DNA of 63,230 nt, filler included, from Chlamydiia bacterium (GCA_903848235.1; 10 parts of 10 records of this genome joined end to end with filler, not necessarily neighbours in it); one strand, 5' to 3'. Shown: positions 49,400 through 59,427, counted from the first letter of the whole stretch. The notes: generated by a model not told the origin, from the sequence alone. Translations and numbers: made by a program.

Positions 49400-49681
49400 A
49401 TGAACATTTCCTTCCAGTGGGATGACAACACGATCCCCCAAGAACGAAAAGAGAAAATAGAGAAAGACCTACGCATTGAAATCCCCAATTTCCTTGAACG
49501 ATTCCCGAACCCACCAACCGAGATTCTGGTGCATCTTTTCCCAGACAGGCCGCGGCTCTCATTGGAAGGCACGGCAACAAACACCGATGGCGTCACGCTC
49601 ATCAAGTTCACCTACGCTGTGCACCATCCGTGTACGAGGAGCTACTACTATCTTGGGGTATCTCACTCAGACGAACGGTGA
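49400..49681 (+). CDS. hypothetical cassette protein
   Basis: ORF begins about 25 bp after GTTAGAC; no recognised motif. Confidence 0.45.
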   Translation: MNISFQWDDNTIPQERKEKIEKDLRIEIPNFLERFPNPPTEILVHLFPDRPRLSLEGTATNTDGVTLIKFTYAVHHPCTRSYYYLGVSHSDER

Positions 49682-50016
49682 TTTTGCTTATGTCGTGCAG
49701 ATCGCGGTCTGTGCCGTCAACCATCAGACGCCCCCCGCTAATGGAAAATGAAAAGAAGTCCATCGCTGTCATTTGGTCTGGCTTGGACTTGAGAAAAAAA
49801 GACATACTGCCTGTTGCTGTCATCTGCCCAGCAGATGCTGCTCAGCCATACGCGGCCTAATAAGCCGATGGACGAAATTGGACTTGGATACGACCTACGG
49901 GATAAAGGCGCGGATTTTTGAGCGTGCTTTTTTTAGGCGGGGGATGGTATCCTCTTCCTGAACTCAATGAAAATGGCACCACCTCACCGGCTTTTAATTT
50001 TTAGGAGGGCGACTGG

Positions 50017-51801
50017 ATGAAATTTACAGTAAAATTAGCTTGTGCCATAATTATTATCCTCATCTCAACTGGTTGTGCGACCACCCAACTCGTACCTGTT
50101 CCCACGCTGGATAGAGATCCAAACTCTGCCATCATAATCTTAAAAAGACTGAGCATATCTCAAGGCGTGCCAATCAGAGTAGAAATCTATGATAACGACA
50201 AGCTAATTGGCTCGCTTGCTAGGGAGGACGAGCTTAAATGGAGTCGGGAAGAAGGAAGCGTGAGATTAGAAGTAAAATGTCTTACGATATGGGGAACGCC
50301 ACATCCTGAGATAAGAGCTAACGCTGAGTTTGAAGCGAAGAAGAATAATGTATATGTACTGAACTTTAGTTCGAGAGTAATTGGGGGGAAATTTGTATCA
50401 ACGTTAAAGCTTGAGAATAATGAACATAGTAAAGCAATATTTACCTCCTCACCTTCTGGCGCTACAATTTTCGCCGGGCCTTCACAAGATTCATTAAAAT
50501 CTCTGAATTGCAAAACTCCATGTACAGCGACATTACCTGCGGGAAAGAGTCATTGGGCAGCAGAATATTATAAGATGACTCTTGCTGGATATGAAGATTC
50601 AGCAGTAGTTTATAAAAATGATACATATAGTGATCGAGAGGTTTATTTTAACTTAAAACCGCTTCAACCAGCACAAGCGAATTCTTCTCCTATGCCGGTC
50701 GTAGAACCTTCAACTACGTCAGCATCATCACCGGAAATAAAAACAGATAAACCTATTTCTATTTCAATTACATCCCCTGAAATTGATAGAGGCTTGAAAG
50801 TAATCTTAAAATATTCAACCCTCACAGTAACAGGTGTAGCAACCGGCGGTAGTGGTGTGTCAGAAATTCTCGTGAATGGCCAACAGGCGGCTCTTGATGA
50901 TCAAGGACATTTTTCGGCTGAAGTTTGGCTGAAGCCTGGAGAAAATCAAATTACTGTTTCTGCCACGGACACCCAGCGTAAATCACATACAAGGACTTTT
51001 TCAATAACCCGTGAGATCGTAAAAGTTGTACAAAAGCCAGAAATAGAAATCAAGAAACCTGTAGCAACGGTAACAATTAACACAGGCAAATACCATGCAC
51101 TCATAATTGCCGTGCAGGACTATTCCAGTAAAGAAATAAATAAATTGGACCACCCGATTGCGGATGCTATTGCAATCAAAAATATTCTGACCAGACGCTA
51201 CACCTTTGACGATAAAAATATTGTTTTCTTAAAAAACCCGGATAGAAAAACCATTGGAACAACATTCAATGATCTGCGTAAAAAACTTTCAGAGAACGAC
51301 AACCTTTTAATATTTTATGCAGGGCATGGCGTCTGGATGGATGATATGAGAGAGGGATACTGGTTGCCGAGAGATGCAAGTGGAATAAATAATCCAACTG
51401 ACTGGATACCTAACAGCACAATTCGCAATTATATCCGCGCACTTAAGGCTAAACACGTACTTCTTGTTGCCGACGCATGTTTCGCAGGTGGAATATTCAA
51501 GGTAAGGGAAGCTTTTACCAGCCCAAATGCCTCCATTGAAAAAATTTACGAGATGCAGAGTCGCAAGGCGATCACAAGCGGTTCGCTCAAGACCGTGCCA
51601 GATCGAAGTGTCTTTGTAGAGTATTTTGTAAAAAGGTTAAATGAAAACATAGAACAGTACTTGGACGCCCAACAACTCTTCGTCAGCTTCAGAGAGGCCG
51701 TGATCAATAACTCACCGAATAACCAGACGCCGTTGTACGGGGCAATCAGCGAAGCAGGTGATGAGGGGGGAGACTTTGTGTTCGTGCGTAGGCAGCAATA
51801 G
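50017..51801 (+). CDS. lipoprotein with PEGA/Ig-like domains and C-terminal caspase-family (C14) peptidase
   Basis: Lipobox STGC; FYAGHG His and DACFAG Cys dyad; AGGAGG RBS. Confidence 0.9.
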   Translation: MKFTVKLACAIIIILISTGCATTQLVPVPTLDRDPNSAIIILKRLSISQGVPIRVEIYDNDKLIGSLAREDELKWSREEGSVRLEVKCLTIWGTPHPEIRANAEFEAKKNNVYVLNFSSRVIGGKFVSTLKLENNEHSKAIFTSSPSGATIFAGPSQDSLKSLNCKTPCTATLPAGKSHWAAEYYKMTLAGYEDSAVVYKNDTYSDREVYFNLKPLQPAQANSSPMPVVEPSTTSASSPEIKTDKPISISITSPEIDRGLKVILKYSTLTVTGVATGGSGVSEILVNGQQAALDDQGHFSAEVWLKPGENQITVSATDTQRKSHTRTFSITREIVKVVQKPEIEIKKPVATVTINTGKYHALIIAVQDYSSKEINKLDHPIADAIAIKNILTRRYTFDDKNIVFLKNPDRKTIGTTFNDLRKKLSENDNLLIFYAGHGVWMDDMREGYWLPRDASGINNPTDWIPNSTIRNYIRALKAKHVLLVADACFAGGIFKVREAFTSPNASIEKIYEMQSRKAITSGSLKTVPDRSVFVEYFVKRLNENIEQYLDAQQLFVSFREAVINNSPNNQTPLYGAISEAGDEGGDFVFVRRQQ

Positions 51802-51865
51802 TGCGCAGGCTGTAAAACGTATATTAGGACGGTTCTTGGAAATAGGGGGACATCCCATATTAATT

Positions 51866-51956
51866 GCCTAACAAATCAATCAACCCGACCGGGGAATTCC
51901 GGTATGTGGTTTTTCCGCCAGTGTTCAGGCCCCGGTGGGCTGTCTTTGCATTAGGT
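51866..51956 (+). other. attC site
   Basis: GCCTAAC ... ATTAGGT with internal ACCGGGG/CCCCGGT palindrome. Confidence 0.75.
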
Positions 51957-51962
51957 GAAATC

Positions 51963-52445
51963 ATGGTCGAAATCCACGCAGATCTCAGTCAGTATTATTC
52001 CATGAAGGCTGTCTTTGAACAAATCTTAGGCAAGGCGAGTTTCATGAAGGTAAAGGATTACGGCTCACTTGCAGTCTGGAAAGTTGAGACTGTCCGCCTT
52101 CTCAAAACAATCGAGTATTCCATTGACACAACCGTCGAAGTTGCTGATGAAGACTGGAGGGCAGAGATTCACACAGAGATTCAGCATGGTATCATGTGTG
52201 TTCAGTCGGCGTCTGAAATCGACGAATTGTTCTCTAACCTTTCTGCAACACTGGCAAAGGTCGTTTTTCTGCAAATCGGCTTCTTGCCACTTGGACATAG
52301 CAATTTGAGGTTCACACCCCCTCTTATCCCTCAGAACTGGAAGCTCAATCCTGTTCGTAGTGTTCAATACGTGCAGAGCGAACAGCAGCGGCTAGCACAA
52401 AAGCGAATTCAAGAAGCCAGGTGTGACTCAAGAAAAAACACCTAA
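51963..52445 (+). CDS. hypothetical cassette protein
   Basis: Starts 7 bp after an attC; stop TAA lies inside the next inverse core site ACCTAAC. Confidence 0.75.
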   Translation: MVEIHADLSQYYSMKAVFEQILGKASFMKVKDYGSLAVWKVETVRLLKTIEYSIDTTVEVADEDWRAEIHTEIQHGIMCVQSASEIDELFSNLSATLAKVVFLQIGFLPLGHSNLRFTPPLIPQNWKLNPVRSVQYVQSEQQRLAQKRIQEARCDSRKNT

Positions 52446-52566
52446 CATGGCAGTCCAGAGGCCAGCCAGGGCTGGGCCGATTTTGGAATGTGTCGGTGTA
52501 TTGAAAATAAATCGTTATTATTGGAGTCAGAGGAAGCCTTGGCTGCCCCTGACCTCATCGTTTGCT
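52440..52566 (+). other. attC site
   Basis: ACCTAAC ... GTTTGCT with CAGCCAGGGCT/AGCCTTGGCTG arms. Confidence 0.8.
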
Positions 52567-52589
52567 GTAAAAGATGGGGAGGGGTTTCC

Positions 52590-53009
52590 ATGAGGATCAA
52601 GTCCGTTATCCTGTTGACCATGTTGTTTGTCTGCTTTGGCTTTAGTCAATTATGGGCGGGAGCAGAGACGGAAAAGAACGCAGTTTCTGCTGCTTGGACC
52701 TGGTTATCAATGATAGATGATGGTAACTACTCAGGCAGTTGGAATGAGGCCTCTGCCTATTTCCGAGGAGCTGTCACTGAACAGAATTGGGCAGCCTCAT
52801 TGGAGGGAGTACGTAAACCACTCAGCAAGCTGATCAGCCACAAGATAGTAAAGGCACAAGAATCACACGCTCTTCCCGGAGCACCAGACGGGAAGTATGT
52901 CGTCATGTCTTTTAGGACGGCATTTGCTCAGAAGAAATTCGCCGTTGAGACAGTGACATTCATGCTCGACAATGAAAAATGGGGGGTTGCGGGGTACTTT
53001 ATAAAGTAG
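52590..53009 (+). CDS. secreted DUF4019-like protein
   Basis: Signal peptide; WL..IDDG.Y..SW, RKPL, LPGAPDG.YV, ETVT, W.VAGYFI. Confidence 0.85.
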   Translation: MRIKSVILLTMLFVCFGFSQLWAGAETEKNAVSAAWTWLSMIDDGNYSGSWNEASAYFRGAVTEQNWAASLEGVRKPLSKLISHKIVKAQESHALPGAPDGKYVVMSFRTAFAQKKFAVETVTFMLDNEKWGVAGYFIK

Positions 53010-53012
53010 GCC

Positions 53013-53068
53013 AGCGAACAAGGTGTTCCACCGGGTCGCTTACGCTCCCCGTGAACTCGTCGTTAGCC
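53013..53068 (+). other. attC site (short)
   Basis: AGCGAAC ... GTTAGCC with GTTCCACCGGG/CCCCGTGAAC arms. Confidence 0.8.
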
Positions 53069-53116
53069 TAAAAAATTTATTGACTCTATGTATAACGAAG
53101 GCATAACAATTATACC

Positions 53117-53380
53117 ATGGAATTTGAATTTGATCCGATAAAAAGTAACAGCAATAAGGAAAAACATGGGATTGACTTTTGTGAAGCCCAAACCCTGTGG
53201 AATGATCCTGATCTGATTGAGATTCCGGTTATAACCAGCGATGAACCAAGATTTCTGGTAATCGGCAATATTTTAGGGAAGTACTGGTCAGGCGTTATTA
53301 CTTATCGGTCTGGAAAGATAAGGATTATTTCGGTGCGACGATCCAGAAAAGAGGAGGTTGATATATATGAAGGCTCGTGA
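53117..53380 (+). CDS. brnT: BrnT-family toxin
   Basis: FEFD..K..SN.EKHGIDF, EPRF, IRIISVRR. Confidence 0.9.
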   Translation: MEFEFDPIKSNSNKEKHGIDFCEAQTLWNDPDLIEIPVITSDEPRFLVIGNILGKYWSGVITYRSGKIRIISVRRSRKEEVDIYEGS

Positions 53381-53591
53381 GTTTGACAAAAAATTTGATG
53401 AGGGCGGGGATATTTCCCAGCATCTTGATATGTCAAAGGCAAGACGGCCGGAGCAGGAACAGAAAAGGGTGAATGTAGATTTTCCCGTGTGGATGATTCA
53501 ATTACTGGATAAAGAAGCAAGGCGTTTGGGTGTACCCAGACAATCTATTATCAAAGTTTGGGTAGCAGAGCGTCTTGAAAAGGCGTCTTGA
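53367..53591 (+). CDS. brnA: BrnA/CopG-like antitoxin
   Basis: AREFDKKFDEG, KRVNVDFPVWM, LGVPRQSIIK; overlaps the toxin. Confidence 0.88.
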   Translation: MKAREFDKKFDEGGDISQHLDMSKARRPEQEQKRVNVDFPVWMIQLLDKEARRLGVPRQSIIKVWVAERLEKAS

Positions 53592-53765
53592 ATAANNNNN
53601 NNNNNNNNNNNNNNNNNNNNNNNNNNNNNNNNNNNNNNNTTAATTAATTAANNNNNNNNNNNNNNNNNNNNNNNNNNNNNNNNNNNNNNNNNNNNGGTAT
53701 ACTTTTATACCGCCCAGGCCCTTGTGGCATAAGAGACTGGAACAGCAACCCGGCTTCAATACCGG

Positions 53766-53996
53766 CTATAGAATTTTCTTCAGCGCCTCGACTGAAGGAA
53801 CTTTCCCAGAAACTTTTACCACTCCATCGACCGATACAGCGGGCGTTAGGGCAATTCCCGTTTCAATTATCTTATCGATGTCAGTAATTTTTTCTATCGT
53901 GTATTTAATGCCAAGCTCTACAGCCGCCCTCTCAATATGCTCATACAGTTGGGCGCACTTCGGACAATTCATGCCATACACTTTTATCGTTTTCAT
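53766..53996 (-). CDS. small thioredoxin-like redox-active disulfide protein
   Basis: GMNCPKC, TPAVSVDG.VK.SGKVP. Confidence 0.88.
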   Translation of the reverse strand: MKTIKVYGMNCPKCAQLYEHIERAAVELGIKYTIEKITDIDKIIETGIALTPAVSVDGVVKVSGKVPSVEALKKIL

Positions 53997-54017
53997 TGAA
54001 CCCCCAACAGGTTGTTT

Positions 54018-55316
54018 TTAGAAAAAGGCACCATAGAATTTACCAGTAATCGTAGACATCAGGATGACAAGCCCAACGTACGCCACCGTTTTTTTTGTTC
54101 CCATAATACTTTTCAACACAAGCATGCTTGGAAGGGACAGAGAAGGCCCTGCAAGGAGCAGGGCAAGTGCCGGCCCCTTGTCCATACCATTGTCCATAAG
54201 TCCCTGCAAAATTGGAATTTCAGTCAGCGTGGCAAAATACATGAAAGCAGCAACAACAGATGAGAACATGTTGGCGGCAAGAGAATTACTGCCAACACAC
54301 CTTGATATCCATGCCGAAGGAATGACCCCCTCTTTTCCCGGGCTGCCAAGCAAGAACCCAGAGAAAAGAACACCAGCTATCAAGAGAGGGAAAATCTGCT
54401 TTGACAAAGACCAGGTGGCTTCAAGCCAATCGTTGAGCTCCCCCTCCTCACCGCTTAATGACCACGACAAGCCAATAAAACCGACACAAAATGAAATGGA
54501 TGGCATGCCAGGGAACAGAAGCGCCGCCACAACGGTTGCCGAGGAGGCAAGTGTTATTTTTAGAACTTTTGCACGAAACCACACAACAAGAGACATAGCA
54601 AAAACGACCGCAAAAAAGGACGTCAGCACCCACTTAACCGAATAGATCGAATAAAAAAAGCCTGAGGTTTCGCCGCCTTTATTCCAATTCGAAAAAACCA
54701 ATATCGCGCACAGAGAAGCGAACAGCACCCCTCGTTGCCATGGCGTTGTGTCGTTCTCAGAAAACAACAGCCCGGCTTGGTCTTTTGATTTTTGCATCTC
54801 CTCTTGTAAAAAGAGCAAATGCATTGCCAATCCAATGACCACGCTGAACACAATAGCTCCTATGGCCCGCGCTACACCCATTTCAAAGCCAAGAACGCGA
54901 GCAGTAAGCACGATAGCGAGAATGTTGATGGCCGGGCCGGAATACAGAAAGGCAATGGCGGGGCCAAGGCCTGCGCCCCGTTTGTAAATCCCGGCAAAAA
55001 GAGGAAGTATCGTACAGGAACAGACGGCAAGAATAGTGCCAGAAACCGAAGCCACGGCATATGCAAGCACCTTGTTAGCCTGTGCTCCGAAATACTTCAT
55101 GACAGAAGTTTGACTCACAAAAGCCGATACTGCGCCGGCTATGAAGAGGGCCGGAATCAGGCACAAGAGCACATGTTCACGCATGTACCATTTTGCTAGC
55201 ATAAGAGATTCAAGAATAGCGTTATCAAAACGCGGAATCCCAATAGGCAAGAAATAGAGTACTAAAAACACTACTGAAAGACCAACAACCCACTTCCACT
55301 CATCCTTCCAACGCAT
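54018..55316 (-). CDS. ArsP/DUF318 permease
   Basis: REHVLLCL, AVCSCTILP, YSGPAIN, MYFATLTE, AGPSLSLP. Confidence 0.9.
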   Translation of the reverse strand: MRWKDEWKWVVGLSVVFLVLYFLPIGIPRFDNAILESLMLAKWYMREHVLLCLIPALFIAGAVSAFVSQTSVMKYFGAQANKVLAYAVASVSGTILAVCSCTILPLFAGIYKRGAGLGPAIAFLYSGPAINILAIVLTARVLGFEMGVARAIGAIVFSVVIGLAMHLLFLQEEMQKSKDQAGLLFSENDTTPWQRGVLFASLCAILVFSNWNKGGETSGFFYSIYSVKWVLTSFFAVVFAMSLVVWFRAKVLKITLASSATVVAALLFPGMPSISFCVGFIGLSWSLSGEEGELNDWLEATWSLSKQIFPLLIAGVLFSGFLLGSPGKEGVIPSAWISRCVGSNSLAANMFSSVVAAFMYFATLTEIPILQGLMDNGMDKGPALALLLAGPSLSLPSMLVLKSIMGTKKTVAYVGLVILMSTITGKFYGAFF

Positions 55317-55351
55317 ATGTACCCACCTGGTCAAAAAGTGAAAAGAGAAAC

Positions 55352-56233
55352 TTATATATTCCTTCTAACAACTACCGAAGGCCCGAAGGCTAACCAGAAT
55401 CCAGAAAGAAACGACGATGCCGCTCCAGGCAGCGAAGCGAGTATCGGCCATGATGCAGCAGAACGGAATGCCAGAGCTGCTCCCTCCTGAAGCAACACGA
55501 TACCACTTAAGGCAACAACAAGCTTCAGCACACGTTTTGGATACGTGCCAACAGCAGCTTCATATGGCGCTGCAATATATCCCACACTCACACCAAAGCC
55601 GAAGAGAACGACTTCTATTAGCTTCTCATTGAGGCAGAGAAACGTCCCAAAAAGAGTAGCGATCACGCTCAGATACAACAGTGTCATTTTTGGTTGGCCC
55701 AGAAAGACGCTTTCGAAGAATGGCACAACAGCACAATAGATCCCGAGCACCGCAGCTCCTATCGCCCATCCTCCAATGATATCAGATGGGAAGTGAATGC
55801 CGAGGTAGACACGCGATAAGCTTATCAACAAAACACCAATAATGCTCAGAATCCACAGCCATCGCTTTTGGACAGCAAGAGCGACAAAGCCAAAGAGAGC
55901 CACGGTGGTCTGTGCAGCACCGCTAGGAAAGCCGAAATCTGGAACCCTCTCCAGACCAACATCAGGAGCGAGTACAAACGGCCTTGGCAAGGCAAAGAAC
56001 TCCTTGGCATCGGAATTCACCAGAAGGCTGATCACCAGCAGATATGCCAGATTCAGACCACACTTTTGGCTGTATAGATACCAGACAGCGGCAACGAAGA
56101 GCAGGTAAAAGGGAAGGGTGTCAAGAAAACTCAAGAAAATCATCACGCTATCGAGAAGAGGGTTTCTGAAGAGCTGGAGGGACTTGATCAGTCCGATCTC
56201 AGTGCGATGTACAGCGTCGACATTGATAAACAC
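55352..56233 (-). CDS. PAP2-family membrane phosphatase
   Basis: K...F.LPRP, FPSGA (usual His replaced by Ala), SRVYLGIHFPSD. Confidence 0.85.
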   Translation of the reverse strand: MFINVDAVHRTEIGLIKSLQLFRNPLLDSVMIFLSFLDTLPFYLLFVAAVWYLYSQKCGLNLAYLLVISLLVNSDAKEFFALPRPFVLAPDVGLERVPDFGFPSGAAQTTVALFGFVALAVQKRWLWILSIIGVLLISLSRVYLGIHFPSDIIGGWAIGAAVLGIYCAVVPFFESVFLGQPKMTLLYLSVIATLFGTFLCLNEKLIEVVLFGFGVSVGYIAAPYEAAVGTYPKRVLKLVVALSGIVLLQEGAALAFRSAASWPILASLPGAASSFLSGFWLAFGPSVVVRRNI

Positions 56234-56283
56234 GCCAGCTCCCCTTTTTTGTTCGAAGGCAGATTTTTTTTACAAGACCAGGT

Positions 56284-56568
56284 CTATATAAGCCTGTCAG
56301 GATTCAACCGTCTCTGTTGACGATCGATCTCCTCTTGGCGGATACGGCGGGTATCGTAATCACTTTGTGTCTGATCTAATTGCTGTTGATGATGTTCCGC
56401 GTCTTCTCGGCGAATCTCTCTTTGCTGTTCATCATGCCGTTCATCTTCTCGCCGCTCGTCATCACGACGATCGTCGTCTGCATCAGCAGATACAACGCTT
56501 GGCAACAGCAGCAAACTCCCCAACAGAACAGCAAAGAAGCCATGAAAACTCATGAACCGTAATTTCAT
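56284..56568 (-). CDS. small secreted D/E/R/Q-rich low-complexity protein
   Basis: Signal peptide ending VSA, then DADDDRRDDERREDERHDE. Confidence 0.7.
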   Translation of the reverse strand: MKLRFMSFHGFFAVLLGSLLLLPSVVSADADDDRRDDERREDERHDEQQREIRREDAEHHQQQLDQTQSDYDTRRIRQEEIDRQQRRLNPDRLI

Positions 56569-56847
56569 ACACCCCCCAACGTTATACCCAATAAAAAGAC
56601 TCTGGTTATATAACTCTGTATATGGTGAGCGCGCCTCCGAAAGCAAGAATTTTTTGTCAACTTAAGGTACGCACGTTTTGTCTTAGTCTTTCTTGCTAAA
56701 CTCCCAAGAAGATCCTTGTGATTGTCTCGAAGCAAATATCAATGGAGACGAGGTATTCTTCTCACTCAAAGAATTGCCTTGCGCAATTTAATGGAAAAAT
56801 TTTATCTACTAGAGTTATCGTCAACTTTTATACATGGAGTTTTTTTT

Positions 56848-57222
56848 ATGGTACGAACGATTGCCGTCATCTTTGGCATTCTCTTTCTGATCGCTGGAAT
56901 AATGGGGTTTTTCCCGGAGTATTCCCCCAACAACATGCTCATGGGCTGCTTCCATATCAACCCTCTCCATAATCTCATCCACAGTATCACAGGCATCATT
57001 GCCCTGTGGGTTGGATTCACAAGCCACCGTGCATCAAAGATCTTTTTCAAGATCTTTGGAGCGATCTATATCCTCATCGCCCTTCTTGGCTTGTATTACG
57101 GCGAACAGGCCATATTCGGCCTTATCGCCAACAATATGGCAGACATAGGGCTCCACTTTGTTGTCGGTATCATCGCCCTTATGCTTGGCTTTGGCTGCTG
57201 CTGCTGCAAATCGTGCTCATAA
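56848..57222 (+). CDS. DUF4383-like membrane protein with Cys-rich tail
   Basis: GIMGF.P, F.INPLHNLIH..TG, N.AD..LH; ends GCCCCKSCS. Confidence 0.8.
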   Translation: MVRTIAVIFGILFLIAGIMGFFPEYSPNNMLMGCFHINPLHNLIHSITGIIALWVGFTSHRASKIFFKIFGAIYILIALLGLYYGEQAIFGLIANNMADIGLHFVVGIIALMLGFGCCCCKSCS

Positions 57223-57531
57223 GATTCTTACGTACAAGGGGCGCCTTTGGCCGCCCCTTGCTTCTCTTGCCACTCTTTGATCGACCTTGGCCCGAGTTTA
57301 AAATTATGCACGGGCCCCTAACTCGAACAAAAATTTGGCTTTTTTTCCAATAGCCACTCACAATAGATACCAGTGACAGTTGAAAATTGAGAGGTTTTTT
57401 GTCGAGGAAAAGGGTTGAGATTTGACCATCAAAAAACACCCCATAGTGTACTATTGGATGTTTTTTGATAGCTCAAATATCGAGGCTTTAACTGTGAACC
57501 AGAAGATATACCCAAATTAAGGTTGTTGATC

Positions 57532-57990
57532 GTGAACGATTGTGATGAAAATGCAGATGCTCTGCCGTGGTATAAAGATGGACTTCGATTCAAGTGCACA
57601 GGATGCGGCAAGTGCTGTACCGGATGTCCGGGCTATGTCTGGGTTACCCTCGATGAAATTGTATCAATAGCGGAGCTCTTAGGAATTTCTCCTGACGAGT
57701 GTAAAAGGAGATACCTTCGCCAACGGGACAGTCGCTACGCCCTTGTTGAAATGAGGCTTCGAAATTACGACTGCGTCTTTCTCAAAGACAAACGCTGTAT
57801 GATCTATGAAGCTCGACCTCGACAATGTCGAACCTTCCCTTGGTGGAAAGAAAATCTCCATACACCGGCAAGCTGGGAGATCGCCTCCAGAAGCTGCGAG
57901 GGAATCAATGATAAAGCCCCTCTTGTGCCGTATAGCACGATTCAAAAGGCGCTACAGGACGGCCCTGAAGAAAGCAAAAAATCGTCCTAA
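57532..57990 (+). CDS. YkgJ-family CxxCxxCC cysteine-cluster protein
   Basis: WYKDGLRFKCTGCGKCC, CVFL, C.IYEARP.QCRTFPWW. Confidence 0.9.
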   Translation: MNDCDENADALPWYKDGLRFKCTGCGKCCTGCPGYVWVTLDEIVSIAELLGISPDECKRRYLRQRDSRYALVEMRLRNYDCVFLKDKRCMIYEARPRQCRTFPWWKENLHTPASWEIASRSCEGINDKAPLVPYSTIQKALQDGPEESKKSS

Positions 57991-58105
57991 AGAGTCAAGT
58001 TTAAANNNNNNNNNNNNNNNNNNNNNNNNNNNNNNNNNNNNNNNNNNNNTTAATTAATTAANNNNNNNNNNNNNNNNNNNNNNNNNNNNNNNNNNNNNNN
58101 NNNNN

Positions 58106-58294
58106 ATATAGAATTTCCACACTCTTTGTATATGGTCTTATCTATCGCCAAAGACGTTTCAGGTCATAGGACACCCAAATCCGCCAGATAATCGGAAATT
58201 AAAATCAGCCACCACCAGGTTGATCTTCTCGGGCTTGATGCGATCGCACCGTAATGATCTCGGGCCGGGTGCCTGGGATTATGGCAATGGTCAT
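58106..58294 (-). pseudogene. wecB: 5' remnant of UDP-GlcNAc 2-epimerase
   Basis: MTIAIIPGTRPEII; DNA similar to 59847-59920. Confidence 0.55.
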
Positions 58295-58329
58295 TTCTGA
58301 ATGAGCCTCGAATGAAAATTGATAATTAT

Positions 58330-58608
58330 AACCAGGGGTTTACGAGAATAAAACCGCAGAGTCGCAGAGCGCACAAAGGACGAACGACGGAGACGACTAT
58401 CACCAGAAGCAAATATGCAGTTCCTTTTCAAGTGCTGATAATGAGGTAAATTTCACGTCTCTGTGAGCTCTGTGCCTCTGGGGTTAGTAATCGTAGCTGC
58501 ATAATTAAAATTCAGGCTTGCGAATCGGCTAAATCGTCTTTGTGAGCTTTGTGTGCTTTGTGATGAAAGTCGTAGGCCGCAGGGTTTAATCCACATGATC
58601 AAGATTTC
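58330..58608. repeat. CACAGAG/CTCTGTG-type MITE/REP-like element
   Basis: TAACCAGGGGTTTACGA start with internal inverted (C/G)CAGAG motifs; homologous to 60241-60480. Confidence 0.75.
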
Positions 58609-58610
58609 GA

Positions 58611-59117
58611 CTACTTGAATATCAAGTGTGAATCCTTTATCAGAGTATTATCTTTATCTTCGAGTTCCTTAATTATCGCTTTGACCTCATCCTTTGTCTT
58701 CATGCCCGATTTCCAGAAGGCTCGGAGTATAGAATGCAAATCTAGAATCTCAACACGCAAGGATAGTGCTAATCTCAAAGCTGCTGAATCCATTGAAGAG
58801 AAAACGAATCCTCTGCTTTTGCAGATACTTATTGCCTCAAGCTCGCCTTTGCCAAGAGACTTGTTGCCAAGGAGCATCTCTTGGTAGGTCTCATTTTCTT
58901 CCTCAGTAGGATAAAGGACATCAATGCTATTAAAAATCGCTAAGGGAAATGTGTATCCAAAATCTAGAGGCACTGAGAGCTCTTCGAAAATTCTTGGTGT
59001 TATAAAGAAGAGATGGTGGGAAAAGATGACTAAAAGAAGATCAAGACGCTCAATTTTTGAAAAAGAGCTTGCTATGTCAGTGTCTATTATGATGGCCTTA
59101 TCCAAGAAGAAAGTCAA
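58611..59117 (-). CDS. PIN-domain (VapC/DUF3368-like) toxin
   Basis: IIIDTD, IFEEL, LGKGELEAI, SMD. Confidence 0.85.
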   Translation of the reverse strand: MTFFLDKAIIIDTDIASSFSKIERLDLLLVIFSHHLFFITPRIFEELSVPLDFGYTFPLAIFNSIDVLYPTEEENETYQEMLLGNKSLGKGELEAISICKSRGFVFSSMDSAALRLALSLRVEILDLHSILRAFWKSGMKTKDEVKAIIKELEDKDNTLIKDSHLIFK

Positions 59118-59406
59118 CTCCCTTTAGCAATCTTTCTTCAGGTGGAGCAGAGACTAATCTTCTTATCCCTTTTGACTCTAGAAAGTTCTTGAATCCTTCA
59201 ATAGATGTCCCTGCAATCTCTGCCGCTCTACTCATTGACACCTTTTCGGATTTATATAACTCCACTGCCATCTCCAATCGGATAGAGGGCTTTACCTCGA
59301 TCATTGTTCTGAATGCCTCTTCCAGCAAAGCTTCTCGATTCCTATAATAGCCAGCTCGAATCAGGCCATCAATTCCTTCTTTCAGAACGTCTATATCGGC
59401 AGCCAT
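59098..59406 (-). CDS. UPF0175-family antitoxin
   Basis: LIRAGYY, AVELYK.EKVSMSRAAEIAG; overlaps the PIN gene. Confidence 0.85.
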   Translation of the reverse strand: MAADIDVLKEGIDGLIRAGYYRNREALLEEAFRTMIEVKPSIRLEMAVELYKSEKVSMSRAAEIAGTSIEGFKNFLESKGIRRLVSAPPEERLLKGVDFLLG

Positions 59407-59427
59407 ATTAAATTGTTACCTTGATTA

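Larger units (their letters stand above)
49319..53595 (+). mobile_element. integron gene-cassette array (no intI visible)
   Basis: attC-like sites at 49319-49374 (3' half), 49855-49938 (degenerate), 51866-51956, 52440-52566 and 53013-53068 separate co-oriented genes. Confidence 0.85.

Noticed and set aside
57290..57320. CCCG(A/G)(G/T)TTTAAA...GCACGGG motif, partly echoed near 12267-12320, 19407 and 43911
   Set aside because: Matches are too short and degenerate to define a repeat family by eye
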